Below are positions 33,701-43,580 of a DNA stretch of 55,980 bases, in pieces (position 1 is the stretch's first letter; each line of letters opens with the position of its first letter). The notes under the pieces were generated by a model, which was not told where the DNA came from, ran no database searches, and saw only the letters and a program-made list of their open reading frames with translations. The DNA is from Candidatus Zambryskibacteria bacterium RIFCSPHIGHO2_02_FULL_43_14 (lineage in GTDB: Bacteria > Patescibacteriota > Minisyncoccia > Phycocordibacterales > Zambryskibacteraceae). Location of the stretch: positions 1 through 55,980 of the forward strand of contig MHVR01000023.1 in the NCBI GenBank assembly GCA_001825315.1, written 5' to 3'. Made by a program: the position numbers and the translations under genes.

Positions 33701-33982
33701 AAAGAATATCTCGATCTGATTCGAGATGAGTTGAATGTCAAAAATATAGTTGTTAATAGTAATTTAGAACAAGAAGTTGAACTTGATATCGAGCTTACTC
33801 CCGAACTTATTGAAGAGGGGAAACTTCGAGACGCGATACGTTCTATCCAAGATACGCGCAAGGAAAGAGGGTTGAAACCGAACGAAAAAATGAAATACGT
33901 TCTGTCAGCCGGTGAAGAAGATTTTTTCAAGAAACATTCTGCCCAAATAAAAAAGGCGACCAATATAGAATTCGAGGACTAA
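30785..33982 (+). CDS. ileS: isoleucine--tRNA ligase with a nested histidine-phosphatase domain
   Basis: 1065 aa. PPFATGLPHYGHIL (HIGH), CP1 editing region, WAISRSRFWGTPLPVW, DTWYDSGS, KMSKRL. About 190 extra residues lie between GTPLPVW and DLHRPHID. Confidence 0.93.
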   Translation: MAEKSERAQREEKILRFWKDNKIFEKSLEKDSPKGEFVFYDGPPFATGLPHYGHILPGTIKDVVPRYKTMQGFHVSRRWGWDCHGLPIENLVEKELGLETKKDIEKFGIAEFNRRARASVLRFEKEWKEIIPRTGRWVNMDNAYKTMDSGYTESVWWSFKNLHDKGLIYQGFKSMHLCPRCETTLSNFEVNLGYKDITDLAVTVEFEIIGQPNTYLLAWTTTPWTLPGNVALAVNPEIKYAVVEGEVKGNTYILAQSLVEKVFGENHKIIRTFSGRELIGEKYKTLFDYYQSEGRVYAADFVKAEEGTGIVHIAPAFGEDDYELSLREKLPFIQHVGTDGRFKPEVADFAGELVKPKDDHQATDIKIIKYLASKNLLFAKEKIIHSYPHCWRCDTPLLNYAAYSWFLKVTEIKDKLIKNNQKVKWVPEDIRDGRFGKWLEGVHDWAISRSRFWGTPLPVWQNADGSKRIVIDSIDTLKKYIKTNGNKYFVMRHGEAIDNAKHILDPKGDPNNHLTEKGKQEAIFASKELKRKSIDIIITSPFLRTRETAEVVRQELGLPESVVVIDDRLHEFNESNMELVSKRVGEFVFEIESRYVKKNILIISHGSPLWVLQKIAAWQSSSNFAEQEMLHTAEVQELSFIPMPHNDDFELDLHRPHIDGIVLEKSGEEYRRVPEVFDTWYDSGSVPFASREIKDFSPADFIAEGLDQTRGWFYTMAVLGTALFNKSPYKQVIVNGLILAEDGKKMSKRLKNYPELTYVLNKYGADALRYYLVSSSAVRAEDLAFSEKSLDEIVKKNISRLENVIGFYELYVNEIKVLKSSRGHILDHWIDACLIKLIKEVTEGLENYELDRASRPLADFVDDLSTWYLRRSRTRPEALPKLREVLLRVAVIMAPFMPFLAEDIYQRLKSEKDFESVHFEVWPRPEKVDTEILAKMREVRKIVSLALEARSRANIKVRQPLNELRIKNKKLGKEYLDLIRDELNVKNIVVNSNLEQEVELDIELTPELIEEGKLRDAIRSIQDTRKERGLKPNEKMKYVLSAGEEDFFKKHSAQIKKATNIEFED
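32165..32737 (+). other. histidine phosphatase (PGAM-superfamily) domain inserted in IleRS
   Basis: KYFVMRHGEA (RHG, nt 32258-32266), ITSPFLRTRETAE, ILIISHGSPLW. All three signature blocks are in the canonical order and in frame with ileS. Confidence 0.75.
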
Positions 33983-33983
33983 A

Positions 33984-34481
33984 GTGTCTTACCACATCTA
34001 CACAACTCGTGGGATTGTGCTTTCAGAAAGAGCGATAGGAGAAGCAGACAGAATTTACAGTATCTTGACTCGTGATCTGGGCAAGCTTCAAGCCCGGGTC
34101 ATTGGAGTAAGAAAGAATACTTCGAAATTGCGGGGCAGTATTGAACCTTTTTCGCTTTCTTCAATCTCTTTTGTGAAGGGTAAAGATTATTGGCGGCTGA
34201 TTTCAGCGCAATTCTTACAAAGTATTCCCGCATCGTCCAACGTTGCCAACCCTTTTTTTCTCATAGAGAAACTTGTTCAAGGGGAAGAACCACACCCGGA
34301 GTTGTTTGATGCCGTAGAGCAATTTGCTCTTTCTCCCAATCCTCACGACGAGATGTTCGAAGTTCACCTAGTTTCGCAAATTCTTTTCCACTTAGGATAT
34401 CTCAAAGAAGTGGATCTTGATTTAGACAAAAAAGATATGATCCAAGCTATAAATGAAGGTATTCAAGCCAGTAATTTATAG
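33984..34481 (+). CDS. recO: DNA repair protein RecO (short form, GTG start)
   Basis: 165 aa. N-terminal OB-fold pattern GIVLSERAIGEADRIYSILTRDLGKL.A...G.RK..SKLRG..EPFS. Shorter than typical RecO. Confidence 0.7.
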   Translation: MSYHIYTTRGIVLSERAIGEADRIYSILTRDLGKLQARVIGVRKNTSKLRGSIEPFSLSSISFVKGKDYWRLISAQFLQSIPASSNVANPFFLIEKLVQGEEPHPELFDAVEQFALSPNPHDEMFEVHLVSQILFHLGYLKEVDLDLDKKDMIQAINEGIQASNL

Positions 34482-34483
34482 AG

Positions 34484-36427
34484 ATGCTACAATTAACAAA
34501 TATGGATAGAGAAGATAAATCGAGAATTGAAGGACTGAATGACACTCTTTATTCTCGGACACGCTATAAGGATCCTTTAGATAAGCGTACTCCAGTCAAG
34601 GAACTTGAATCTAAAGATGTTGAAGAAAAATGGCAGACTCCGGAACTTAATGAAATGCTCACACACGAACGTGTTGTGATGAAAGCAAGTCCCTTCATGA
34701 AAAAAATTTTTGCTTTCGCTATGCTATTTTTCATAGTAACCATTTTAGTGGCCGGTTTTGTTTTTATGGGTGGAAGCACTTTTATTTCTTCCAGAAATGT
34801 GGATATTAATGTGCTTGGCCCGACTACCGTTTCGGCTGGAGAAGTACTTGAACTTGGTGTTACTGTTTCAAATACCAATAATGCCGACCTTGAACTTGCC
34901 AATCTTTCAATCCAGTATCCATCCGGCAGTCGCAATCCAGATAATACTGTCGAGTCTCTGACTTATACCAAAGATAACTTGGGAGTGATTGAGGCGGGTC
35001 ACGAGGCGGTGCAGAATGTAAACATGGTGCTTCTGGGTTCGCCTGGTGAGACCAAAGAAATAAAATTTTCAGTTGAATATAAAGTCAAAGGCTCAAATGC
35101 CACTTTCTACAAAGACAAAGTGTTTGAAATTATTGTAGGTCAAGCTCCCATCATATTCACAGTTGAGAGTCCTCGTTCCGTTACTTCTGGTGATAATTTT
35201 ACGACCGTGGTTTCAGTAGCTTTGAATGCTAAAGATATCTTAAAAGATGTTGTATTAAAAGCGGAATATCCTTATGGATATAGTGTGTTTGATGCCACTC
35301 CAGATTCGAGTGCCGATAATAATATCTGGGCGCTCGGGGACTTGTCTCCCGGAGATAAAAAAACCGTTTCTATTCGCGGCCAACTTGTGGGAGAGAACAG
35401 AGAAGAGCGCACTTTCCGATTCTATGTTGGCGTTTCCGATTCCAATAACGTTAGTCCTAATTTGAAAATTAACATCATTTCTCGGCTAAACACCGTTACC
35501 ATAGACCGGCCATCTATCGGCCTAAACGTAGCTTTTAATGGAGAGGATATGCCGGTCTATATGGCTCCTGCCGACCGCCCAATCTCGGCTTCTATCAAGT
35601 TTCAAAATAATCTACCCGATAAATTGCTTAATCCTCGTCTTGAGGTCAATCTTTCAGGTTCGGCTTTAGACAAATCTTCTGTCGCAGCCGGAAATAGTGG
35701 TTTATACGATTCTAAAAACTCAAGGGTGATCTGGGATTTGGTGAACCCTCTCGGCAGTCCAGAACTTTCTCCTGGGGGAGACGGGCAAGTAACCTTGAGA
35801 TTTTCTTCTCTGCCAGCCGCCTCTCTAGTAGAGGGTAATCGCGATATAGTGCTTAATTTTTCTATTACAGGAATACCGGTCGGTGCTGTGGGACAAAATC
35901 CGATAACAATAAACGAGACTCGCACAGTAAGGATTTCCTCACAAGTTAATTTTTCTTCGAAAGTGCTTCGTTCATTGGGTTCATTTGCCAATTTCGGCCC
36001 TATCCCGCCACAGGTGGGGAAGGAAACTACTTATACCGTCGTTTTTGGTGTTGGCAATACTCAAGGTGACTTAACGGATGCGAGAGTGAGCGCCCGACTT
36101 GGGCCGGGAGTCAGTTGGCTCGGGGCCCATAGTATTACCGGTGAAAATATTTCTTATGATTCTTCCTCTAACATCGTCACTTGGGATATGGGTGCACTTT
36201 CTTCAGGTTCCGGTTTCTCTTCTGCCGCGAGAGAGGTCTCTTTCCAAATCTCTCTTACGCCATCTCTCGGCCAAATTGGCACGTCGCCTAGTTTGGTCAA
36301 CAGCATTGTCTTCTCCGGTCGAGATGTTGTGACCGGGGATTTTGTTACTGCCAGTAACCCACCTTTGACCACCCGGCTCACGAGCGATCCGGCATTTATC
36401 CAGGGAGATGATATAGTGGTGAAATAA
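34484..36427 (+). CDS. large membrane-anchored extracellular protein with repeated beta-sandwich (CARDB/DUF11-like) segments
   Basis: 647 aa. About 75-aa cytoplasmic N-terminus, one TM (IFAFAMLFFIVTILVAGFVFMGG), then repetitive Ser/Thr/Val/Asn-rich beta-type sequence. Confidence 0.6.
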   Translation: MLQLTNMDREDKSRIEGLNDTLYSRTRYKDPLDKRTPVKELESKDVEEKWQTPELNEMLTHERVVMKASPFMKKIFAFAMLFFIVTILVAGFVFMGGSTFISSRNVDINVLGPTTVSAGEVLELGVTVSNTNNADLELANLSIQYPSGSRNPDNTVESLTYTKDNLGVIEAGHEAVQNVNMVLLGSPGETKEIKFSVEYKVKGSNATFYKDKVFEIIVGQAPIIFTVESPRSVTSGDNFTTVVSVALNAKDILKDVVLKAEYPYGYSVFDATPDSSADNNIWALGDLSPGDKKTVSIRGQLVGENREERTFRFYVGVSDSNNVSPNLKINIISRLNTVTIDRPSIGLNVAFNGEDMPVYMAPADRPISASIKFQNNLPDKLLNPRLEVNLSGSALDKSSVAAGNSGLYDSKNSRVIWDLVNPLGSPELSPGGDGQVTLRFSSLPAASLVEGNRDIVLNFSITGIPVGAVGQNPITINETRTVRISSQVNFSSKVLRSLGSFANFGPIPPQVGKETTYTVVFGVGNTQGDLTDARVSARLGPGVSWLGAHSITGENISYDSSSNIVTWDMGALSSGSGFSSAAREVSFQISLTPSLGQIGTSPSLVNSIVFSGRDVVTGDFVTASNPPLTTRLTSDPAFIQGDDIVVK

Positions 36428-36437
36428 AATAGGAATA

Positions 36438-37739
36438 ATGAATAAGGAATTAGGAATAATGGAGAAAATAGTCTCGCTATGCAAAAGGCGCGGGTTCATC
36501 TATCCGAGTTCTGAAATCTACGGCGGTTTTTCGGGATTCTGGGACTACGGGCCATATGGCGCTGATTTAGCTTATAACATAAAGGATTTATGGTGGAAGC
36601 GATTTGTGAAATCGCGAGAAGATATGTATGGCATTTCTAGTTCTATCATCATGCCGGAACCAGTGTGGCAAGCTAGCGGGCATTTAAAAAACTTCACCGA
36701 CCCACTTGTAGAATGTATAAAATGTCGTCATCGTTTCAGAGCCGATCATTTAAAAAACAAAAAGAAGTGTCCCGATTGTGGAGGCGATTTAGGGGAAGAA
36801 AGAGCGTTTAATACCATGTTTCCTGTCGAAACAGGTTCACTTGGAGGCTCAACCTCCAAGTCGTACTTGAGAGGGGAACTGGCTCAAGGTATGTTTGTGA
36901 ATTTTAAAAATATTCTAGATACCTTCCATCCGGAAATTCCTTTTGGTATAGCTCAAATCGGCCGTGCTTTTAGAAACGAAATATCTCCTCGTGATTTTAT
37001 TTATCGAGTGCGTGAATTTGAAATTGCTGAATTCGAATATTTTATAAAGGAATCAGATTGGGAGAAACATTTTGAATACTGGAGAAAGGAAATGCTTGAA
37101 TGGCTTGATGAAATAGGGATTGATAGAAAAAATGTTAAGGAAAATGATCTTACTGAAAAGGAAAGGGCGCATTATTCCAAACGGACTATTGATTTTGAGT
37201 ATCAAGGACCAATTGGTGATATGGAAATACAAGCCATTGCGTATCGGACTGATTACGACTTAAAGAATCATACAGAGGGTTCGGGAGTTGATTTAAGTTA
37301 TCGAGATGAAGAAGCTGGGGAAAAGTTTGTGCCTCACGTTATCGAACCAACGTTTGGTTTAGGGAGACTTTTACTTGTAGTGTTGCTTGAAGCGTATACT
37401 GAAGACGAGCTGGGCGGGGAGAAGAGGGTTTATCTCAAACTCAATAAAAACATTGCGCCGGTTCGCGCGGCGGTATTCCCGCTTCTCAAGAACAAGCCCG
37501 AGCTTGTAAAGAAAGCGAGAGAGTTATTCCTAAATCTTAAATCCCAAATCCCAAATCTTGAATGGGACGATAATGGCAACATCGGCAAGCGTTATAGGAG
37601 ACAGGATGAAATTGGCACGCCTTTCTGTATTACCGTTGACTTCGACACTCTCGAGTATGATACCGTGACGATTCGTGATCGCGACAATGGGGAGCAGAGA
37701 CGCATTAGCATCACTGATTTGAAAGAAGCTATCATTTAA
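36438..37739 (+). CDS. glyQS: glycine--tRNA ligase (dimeric class II; start probably ATG 36459)
   Basis: MEKIVSLCKRRGFIYPSSEIYGG, AQIGRAFRNEISPR, EPTFGLGRL. AGGAATAATG is duplicated at both candidate starts. Confidence 0.92.
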   Translation: MNKELGIMEKIVSLCKRRGFIYPSSEIYGGFSGFWDYGPYGADLAYNIKDLWWKRFVKSREDMYGISSSIIMPEPVWQASGHLKNFTDPLVECIKCRHRFRADHLKNKKKCPDCGGDLGEERAFNTMFPVETGSLGGSTSKSYLRGELAQGMFVNFKNILDTFHPEIPFGIAQIGRAFRNEISPRDFIYRVREFEIAEFEYFIKESDWEKHFEYWRKEMLEWLDEIGIDRKNVKENDLTEKERAHYSKRTIDFEYQGPIGDMEIQAIAYRTDYDLKNHTEGSGVDLSYRDEEAGEKFVPHVIEPTFGLGRLLLVVLLEAYTEDELGGEKRVYLKLNKNIAPVRAAVFPLLKNKPELVKKARELFLNLKSQIPNLEWDDNGNIGKRYRRQDEIGTPFCITVDFDTLEYDTVTIRDRDNGEQRRISITDLKEAII

Positions 37740-37825
37740 GGTATTCTATTTTTCTCACTTGTCCCGTTAGAAATCTGACGGGCAGTAAGTTAAAATAAAT
37801 TTATGGATCTAAGATTTCTGATGGG

Positions 37826-39097
37826 ATGAATTTCAAGAAAACCACACTGTCAAATGGGTTAAGGGTTATTACCGTGCCAACCAAGGGCAATCCTTCAGTG
37901 ATGGTCTTGGTAATAGTCGAAACCGGCTCAAATTACGAGACCAAAGCCCAGAACGGCCTCTCGCATTTTCTTGAACATATGTGCTTTAAAGGCACGACCA
38001 AGAGGCCGAAAGCGAGTTTGATAGCAAAGGAATTAGATAATCTTGGCGCGCAAAATAACGCTTTTACCTCTAACGAACTAACTGGTTACTATGCTAAGGC
38101 GGCCCTAAAACACTTTCCCAAACTATTTGAAATTATTTCTGACCTTTATCTTAATCCAACACTGCCGGCAGAAGATCTGGAGAAGGAGAGAGGGGTGATA
38201 TTGCAAGAAATTAGTATGTATGAGGACCTACCGCAAAGGAAGGTCTGGGAGGTATTATCAAGGCTTATGTATGGTGACACTCCTGCCGGCAGGCCAATAA
38301 TTGGCCCCAGAGAAAATATAAAGAATTTTACACGTCAAAATTTTGTCGATTATAGAAGCAGGCACTATGTAGCATCCAAAACGATTGTTATAGTGGCGGG
38401 AGATGTAAATGAACAGACAGTACTCAAAGAGACAAAAAAGTATTTCAAGTATATTCCAAAAGATAAAAAAATTCCTAAACCAGCTGTTAAAGAAAAACAG
38501 AAATCGCCCAGACTGCTTATTCACAAAAAGAAAACTGACCAGACCCATATGGTTATGGCTTTCCATGCTTATAATGCAAAAGATAAGAGAATTCCTGCCC
38601 TTATCGTACTTGCTGAAATTTTAGGGAAAGGAATGTCATCGCGTCTGTTCACCAAATTACGCGATGAAATGGGCGCTTGTTACTACGTCAGAGCCGGACA
38701 TGATGAATACACAGACCATGGAACTTTTACCATATCGACTGGTGTCAATGTCTCGCGTATCAAGGAAGTACTAAAAGTGCTTCTAGAAGAATGTGACAAA
38801 CTCACCAAAGTACTTGTCTCTGACAAGGAATTACAAAAATCCAAAGAACATAATATCGGCCATTTATACATGGGTCTTGAAACTACAGACTCACTTGCCG
38901 AATTTTATGCTGGCCAAGAAGTCAGTACTGGTAAATTGAAAAAACCTCAAGAACTAGAAAAAGAGATTAGGAAAGTTACGGCCAAAGACGTAATGAGAGT
39001 TGCCAAAGATGTGTTTAAAGACGAGAAATTGAATCTCGCTATTGTTGGAGATGTTCCCAACCACAAAACAATTAAGAAAATCCTTTCTCTTAAATAG
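37826..39097 (+). CDS. M16-family (pitrilysin-like) zinc peptidase
   Basis: 423 aa. HFLEHMCFKGT (HxxEH) and a downstream E-rich helix. Confidence 0.88.
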   Translation: MNFKKTTLSNGLRVITVPTKGNPSVMVLVIVETGSNYETKAQNGLSHFLEHMCFKGTTKRPKASLIAKELDNLGAQNNAFTSNELTGYYAKAALKHFPKLFEIISDLYLNPTLPAEDLEKERGVILQEISMYEDLPQRKVWEVLSRLMYGDTPAGRPIIGPRENIKNFTRQNFVDYRSRHYVASKTIVIVAGDVNEQTVLKETKKYFKYIPKDKKIPKPAVKEKQKSPRLLIHKKKTDQTHMVMAFHAYNAKDKRIPALIVLAEILGKGMSSRLFTKLRDEMGACYYVRAGHDEYTDHGTFTISTGVNVSRIKEVLKVLLEECDKLTKVLVSDKELQKSKEHNIGHLYMGLETTDSLAEFYAGQEVSTGKLKKPQELEKEIRKVTAKDVMRVAKDVFKDEKLNLAIVGDVPNHKTIKKILSLK

Positions 39098-39112
39098 TGA
39101 TATCATAGTCCT

Positions 39113-40183
39113 ATGGACGAGAAACAGAAAGTAATCATCACCACCGGCAGTTGGGTAAGAGGCGTGGTAGTAGTTGCCATTGCTTATGCATTCTTTTTGT
39201 CCAGCGAATTTATTTTGATCATCATCGCCTCGATTGTCATCGCTTCAGCTATAGAGCCAGCGACTAGTTGGACCAAAAGAAGAGGCATTCCTCGTTTACC
39301 CACGGTCCTATTGGTCTATATGGGTTCGGCGCTGGTATTGGCGGGTCTTTTCTATTTTCTCCTCCTACCTCTTATCGGAGAAATGTCAAGTTTTATCAAA
39401 ACTCTGACGATATATTCTAATTCGGTTGTAAGTGGCGGTATTCTCTCTGATATGTTTAAAACCCAGAACCTATTTGGAGGTCTTGATACTCCTATTTTGA
39501 TCAAAGAGTTAAATTCTTATCTTAATTCTTTAGCCAGTTTTCTTTCACAGGGGATATTTTCAAGTGTCTCATTGATTTTTGGCGGGGCTCTGAATTTTCT
39601 TCTTATTCTGGTACTCTCTTTCTATCTAGTGGTGCAGGAGGACGGTGTCAGCAAGTTTCTTAAAATAATTACCCCCATTAAACACGAACAATATATCGTG
39701 GGCTTATGGCGACGTTCGCAGGCTAAAATTGGCCTCTGGATGCAGGGTCAACTTCTCTCGTCAGCTCTTGTGATGGCGCTTGTCTATATCGGACTTTTGC
39801 TAGTTGGGGTTCCGCATGCCTTGCTACTCGCTGTTTTGGCTGGAGTATTTGAACTCATTCCGCTTTTTGGGGCTACTATCGCGGCTATACCCGCTTTGTT
39901 TATAGCTTATATCTCTGGTAGTACGACTACCGCACTGATTGTAGCCGGACTATATATTGTTATTCAACAGCTCGAGGGCAATCTTATCTATCCTTTAGTG
40001 GTCAATAAGGTGGTCGGAGTGCCACCTATAATTTCCATTATAGCTTTAGTCATTGGTGGCATTCTGGCTGGTTTTCTCGGCGTGCTTATTTCTGTGCCAG
40101 TAGCGGCTGCGGCCATGGAATTCATCTCCGATTTTGAAGAACGTAAAATTGCTCAAATGTCAGCGAGAGGACCTTCCTCTTAG
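39113..40183 (+). CDS. AI-2E family transporter (PerM/UPF0118)
   Basis: 356 aa. Polytopic, with the typical ...ELIP.FG.......P pattern in the C-terminal half. Confidence 0.8.
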   Translation: MDEKQKVIITTGSWVRGVVVVAIAYAFFLSSEFILIIIASIVIASAIEPATSWTKRRGIPRLPTVLLVYMGSALVLAGLFYFLLLPLIGEMSSFIKTLTIYSNSVVSGGILSDMFKTQNLFGGLDTPILIKELNSYLNSLASFLSQGIFSSVSLIFGGALNFLLILVLSFYLVVQEDGVSKFLKIITPIKHEQYIVGLWRRSQAKIGLWMQGQLLSSALVMALVYIGLLLVGVPHALLLAVLAGVFELIPLFGATIAAIPALFIAYISGSTTTALIVAGLYIVIQQLEGNLIYPLVVNKVVGVPPIISIIALVIGGILAGFLGVLISVPVAAAAMEFISDFEERKIAQMSARGPSS

Positions 40184-40186
40184 TTT

Positions 40187-41602
40187 ATGTCTCTAAATAA
40201 AAGTTTCTACATCACTACGACGTTGCCCTACGTCAATGCAGAACCGCATATCGGTTTCGCTATGGAACTTATCCACGCTGACATCATCGCACGTTGGAAG
40301 CGCTTAGCTGGTTTTGAAGTATTCTTTAACACTGGGACAGATGAACACGGACAGAAAGTTTATCGAGTGGCTCTGGCAGAGAAAAAGGAACCGCAGAGAT
40401 ACGTAGATGAACTGTCAGAAAAATTTAGGAACCTTAAACCACTCCTTGGTTTAAGCGCAGATTTACACTTTATTCGCACTACAGAGATACGGCACAAAAA
40501 GGCAGCACAAGAATTCTGGAAGCTTTGCGAACAAGCTGGAGATATATATAAAAAAGAATACAAAATCAGGTATTGTGTGGGATGCGAATTGGAGAAGACA
40601 GATTCCGAGCTTGTAGATGGTCGATGTCCGATACATCCTGATAAAGAGCTTGAGATTATTGAGGAAGAGAATTATTTTTTTCGTTTCTCAAAATTTGGAC
40701 CAAAACTTCTAAAACTCTACGATGAACAATCAAATTTTGTTCTGCCAAACTTTAGATTAAACGAGATTCGGTCTCTAATTTCGAATAGTTTGGAAGATTT
40801 CAGTATCTCAAGACTAAAGAAGAAAATGCCATGGGGAGTGCCTGTACCGAACGATCTAGAGCATGTAATGTATGTTTGGTTCGATGCCTTAGTAAATTAC
40901 ATTTCTTCTATAGGGTGGCCTGACAATATGGGTGAATTTGAGAAGTGGTGGCCGGTAGTGCAGTTTGCTGGCAAGGATCAGATACGTCAACAAGCGGCGA
41001 TGTGGCAGGCCATGCTCATGTCTGCCGGTCTATCGCCGTCAAAACAGATTGTGATCCATGGATTCATAAATTATGAGGGCCAGAAGATGTCAAAAAGTCT
41101 CGGGAACGTTATAAGCCCACAAGAAATCATAGATGAATACGGACTCGATACTCTCCGTTACTTTGTCGCGCGAGAATTTAATCAATTTGAAGATACCGAA
41201 ATCTCCAGAGAAAAATTAAAGATTGCTTACAATGCTAATCTAGCAAACGGTTTGGGAAATTTGGTAGCTAGAGTAATGAAACTTGCTGAGACTTATCTCT
41301 TAGCTCCGATTGAAAGTGTGCAAAGTCGGGCTTTGCACAAAACGCTTACAGATGCTATGGATGGATTTGAAATCCAGAAAGCTGCTAACCACATTTGGTC
41401 AGAAATAGGGGAATTAGATGCAGAAATTCAGAAGACAAAACCATGGGAATCTAAGGATAAGCAGATTATTACTGAACTTGTCACCAAACTGGTCCATATC
41501 GGCTATTCTCTCGCTCCATTTATGCCTCAAACTTCGGAGAAAATTCTCACTGCAATCAGAGAAAACAAAATGCCGGAAAATCTTTTCCCCCGTAAAGACT
41601 AA
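40187..41602 (+). CDS. metG: methionine--tRNA ligase (short form)
   Basis: 471 aa. YITTTLPYVNAEPHIGF, GTDEHGQKV, KMSKSLGNV. Confidence 0.92.
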   Translation: MSLNKSFYITTTLPYVNAEPHIGFAMELIHADIIARWKRLAGFEVFFNTGTDEHGQKVYRVALAEKKEPQRYVDELSEKFRNLKPLLGLSADLHFIRTTEIRHKKAAQEFWKLCEQAGDIYKKEYKIRYCVGCELEKTDSELVDGRCPIHPDKELEIIEEENYFFRFSKFGPKLLKLYDEQSNFVLPNFRLNEIRSLISNSLEDFSISRLKKKMPWGVPVPNDLEHVMYVWFDALVNYISSIGWPDNMGEFEKWWPVVQFAGKDQIRQQAAMWQAMLMSAGLSPSKQIVIHGFINYEGQKMSKSLGNVISPQEIIDEYGLDTLRYFVAREFNQFEDTEISREKLKIAYNANLANGLGNLVARVMKLAETYLLAPIESVQSRALHKTLTDAMDGFEIQKAANHIWSEIGELDAEIQKTKPWESKDKQIITELVTKLVHIGYSLAPFMPQTSEKILTAIRENKMPENLFPRKD

Positions 41603-42393
41603 TGCCTAAGTATTTTGACATTCACTCGCATCTTAATTTCAAGGATTATAATGCGGATAGGGAACAGATTATAGGCATACTTAAGGAAACGAATACGCAT
41701 ACAATTGTTGTGGGAACGGACTTAGAATCATCTAGACAAGTTATAGAGTTAGCAGACAAATACGAAGAAATTTATGCCTGTATAGGAGTTCACCCCATTA
41801 GAGAGACTTCGTCTTCTAACGGGACAGGTCCTGTAGATTTTGATGTATCGAAATTTGGTGAGCTAGTAAAGCATCCAAAAGTAGTGGCGATAGGAGAGTG
41901 CGGTTTCGATTTCTACCATGCTGATAAAGTTACTGATTTTGATAGACAGAAGAAATTATTTCTAGCTCAAATAGAATTTGCCATTGCCCATGATAAACCA
42001 ATCATGATTCACGCTCGTAATGCTTACGAAGAACTATTGAAAATTCTTGAATCTCTTAAAAAAATATATGGAAATAAATTTCGAGGCAATGTTCACTTTT
42101 TTGCCGGCAATTTGGAAATAGCTAAGAGACTGTTTAATATTGGGTTTACGATATCTTTCACAGGGGTAATTACGTTTGTTAGGGATTATGATGAAGTTAT
42201 CAAATTTGCGCCGATTGATATGATAATGTCGGAGACTGACGCGCCTTTTGTAGCCCCTGTACCATATCGGGGTAAACGCAATCTTCCTTCTTATGTAAGC
42301 GAGGTAGTTAAAAAAATTGCCGAAATTAAGGGAGAGGATGTGGAACAAATCCGAGTTGCTCTTGTCAATAATGCGCTACATATGCTAGGGTAG
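41602..42393 (+). CDS. tatD: TatD-family metal-dependent hydrolase
   Basis: 263 aa. FDIHSHL, IGECGFDFYH, IHARNA, ETDAPF. Confidence 0.88.
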   Translation: MPKYFDIHSHLNFKDYNADREQIIGILKETNTHTIVVGTDLESSRQVIELADKYEEIYACIGVHPIRETSSSNGTGPVDFDVSKFGELVKHPKVVAIGECGFDFYHADKVTDFDRQKKLFLAQIEFAIAHDKPIMIHARNAYEELLKILESLKKIYGNKFRGNVHFFAGNLEIAKRLFNIGFTISFTGVITFVRDYDEVIKFAPIDMIMSETDAPFVAPVPYRGKRNLPSYVSEVVKKIAEIKGEDVEQIRVALVNNALHMLG

Positions 42394-42403
42394 TAGCCAC
42401 TAT

Positions 42404-42835
42404 ATGAGAAATTCAAAAAGCGCTAAAGAGGGATTGGTCGTCTACGAGCTGGGTTTCTTAATCTTGCCGAGTATTCCCGAAGACAAACTCTCTGACACGG
42501 TCGATGCTATCAGGAAAGTGGTCGCCAAAGCGAATGGCACAGAAATAGATGCCGAGGCGCCTTTCCAACATCCTCTTTCTTACTCAATGTCGAAAACTAT
42601 TGGTGCTAGCCGTTATGTACTCTCCGACGCTTATCTAGGTTGGATTAAGTTCGAAGTTGAGCCGAGAGAGATTCAAACAATAAAGACCGGGATAGAAAAG
42701 ATAAGAGAAATCTTGCGGTTTCTCTTGATCAAAGCTCCCCGCGAAACCACTTTCACTTTCGCTAAAGTAAAAGCGACAGCAGAAGCGAAAGAGGAATCTG
42801 TATCTACTCCTGCCACGGAAGTGATGGTAGAATAG
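42404..42835 (+). CDS. rpsF: 30S ribosomal protein S6
   Basis: 143 aa. YELGFLI N-terminus and position upstream of ssb-rpsR. Confidence 0.8.
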   Translation: MRNSKSAKEGLVVYELGFLILPSIPEDKLSDTVDAIRKVVAKANGTEIDAEAPFQHPLSYSMSKTIGASRYVLSDAYLGWIKFEVEPREIQTIKTGIEKIREILRFLLIKAPRETTFTFAKVKATAEAKEESVSTPATEVMVE

Positions 42836-42865
42836 TTCGATGAACTCACTATAAATAAAATTATG
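42833..42865 (+). promoter_or_regulatory. conserved stop-to-start junction cassette, copy 2 (TAGTTCGATGAACTCACTATAAATAAAATTATG)
   Basis: Near-identical to 23480-23509. Spans the TAG of rpsF to the ATG of ssb. Confidence 0.6.
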
Positions 42866-43315
42866 TATTTTAATCGCGCTATCATCATCGGTAATCTTAC
42901 CCGCGATCCAGAATTTCGCTCATTGCCTTCTGGTGTGCAAATAGCCACTATCGGCGTGGCCACTAATCGTGTTTGGAAAGACAAAAATGGAGCCAAACAA
43001 GAATCAACCGACTATCATAATGTGGTGGTGTTTGGTCGGCAAGCAGAGACGACCGCGCAATATTTGCGCAAAGGTTCAAGCGTTCTTGTCGAAGGTAGGA
43101 TGCAAACCAGAAGTTGGGACGCGGCCGATGGTGTCAAGAAATATCGTACTGAGGTAGTAGCTGACAGAATCCAATTTGGTCCCAGGCGCGATGGTGTCAT
43201 GAAAGGAGACAATCTCGTCTCCACTAAGGCTTCGTCGGGTGAGCAAGAAGCTCCTCCAGTTGAAACTATAGACTATCCTGAAGAAAACGTTAATGTGGAC
43301 GATATCCCATTCTAG
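42863..43315 (+). CDS. ssb: single-stranded DNA-binding protein
   Basis: 150 aa. NRAIIIGNLTRDPE, acidic C-terminal tail ending DDIPF. Confidence 0.93.
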   Translation: MYFNRAIIIGNLTRDPEFRSLPSGVQIATIGVATNRVWKDKNGAKQESTDYHNVVVFGRQAETTAQYLRKGSSVLVEGRMQTRSWDAADGVKKYRTEVVADRIQFGPRRDGVMKGDNLVSTKASSGEQEAPPVETIDYPEENVNVDDIPF

Positions 43316-43316
43316 T

Positions 43317-43520
43317 ATGAGAAAGCAAAACTATTTCAAAGAAAATAAGATCGAATATGTTGACTATAAAGATGTTGAGACTCTTAAGAAGTTTCTGACA
43401 CCTCACGCTCGCATTCAATCTCGTAAACGTTCTGGTATTCCTTCTAAATTCGAGCGTCAACTTGCTGTGGCTATCAAGCGGGCTCGTTTCTTCGGTCTTC
43501 TACCATATGTATCTCGTTAA
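43317..43520 (+). CDS. rpsR: 30S ribosomal protein S18
   Basis: Track ORF trimmed to ATG 43317. IEYVDYKDVETLKKFLT..ARI..RK.SG......R.LA.AIKRAR. Confidence 0.9.
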   Translation: MRKQNYFKENKIEYVDYKDVETLKKFLTPHARIQSRKRSGIPSKFERQLAVAIKRARFFGLLPYVSR

Positions 43521-43580
43521 GGTGGGGCGTTTCTCGCTAATCCCGACATTAAGGTCGGAGAGCTGATTGAAACGTCGGCT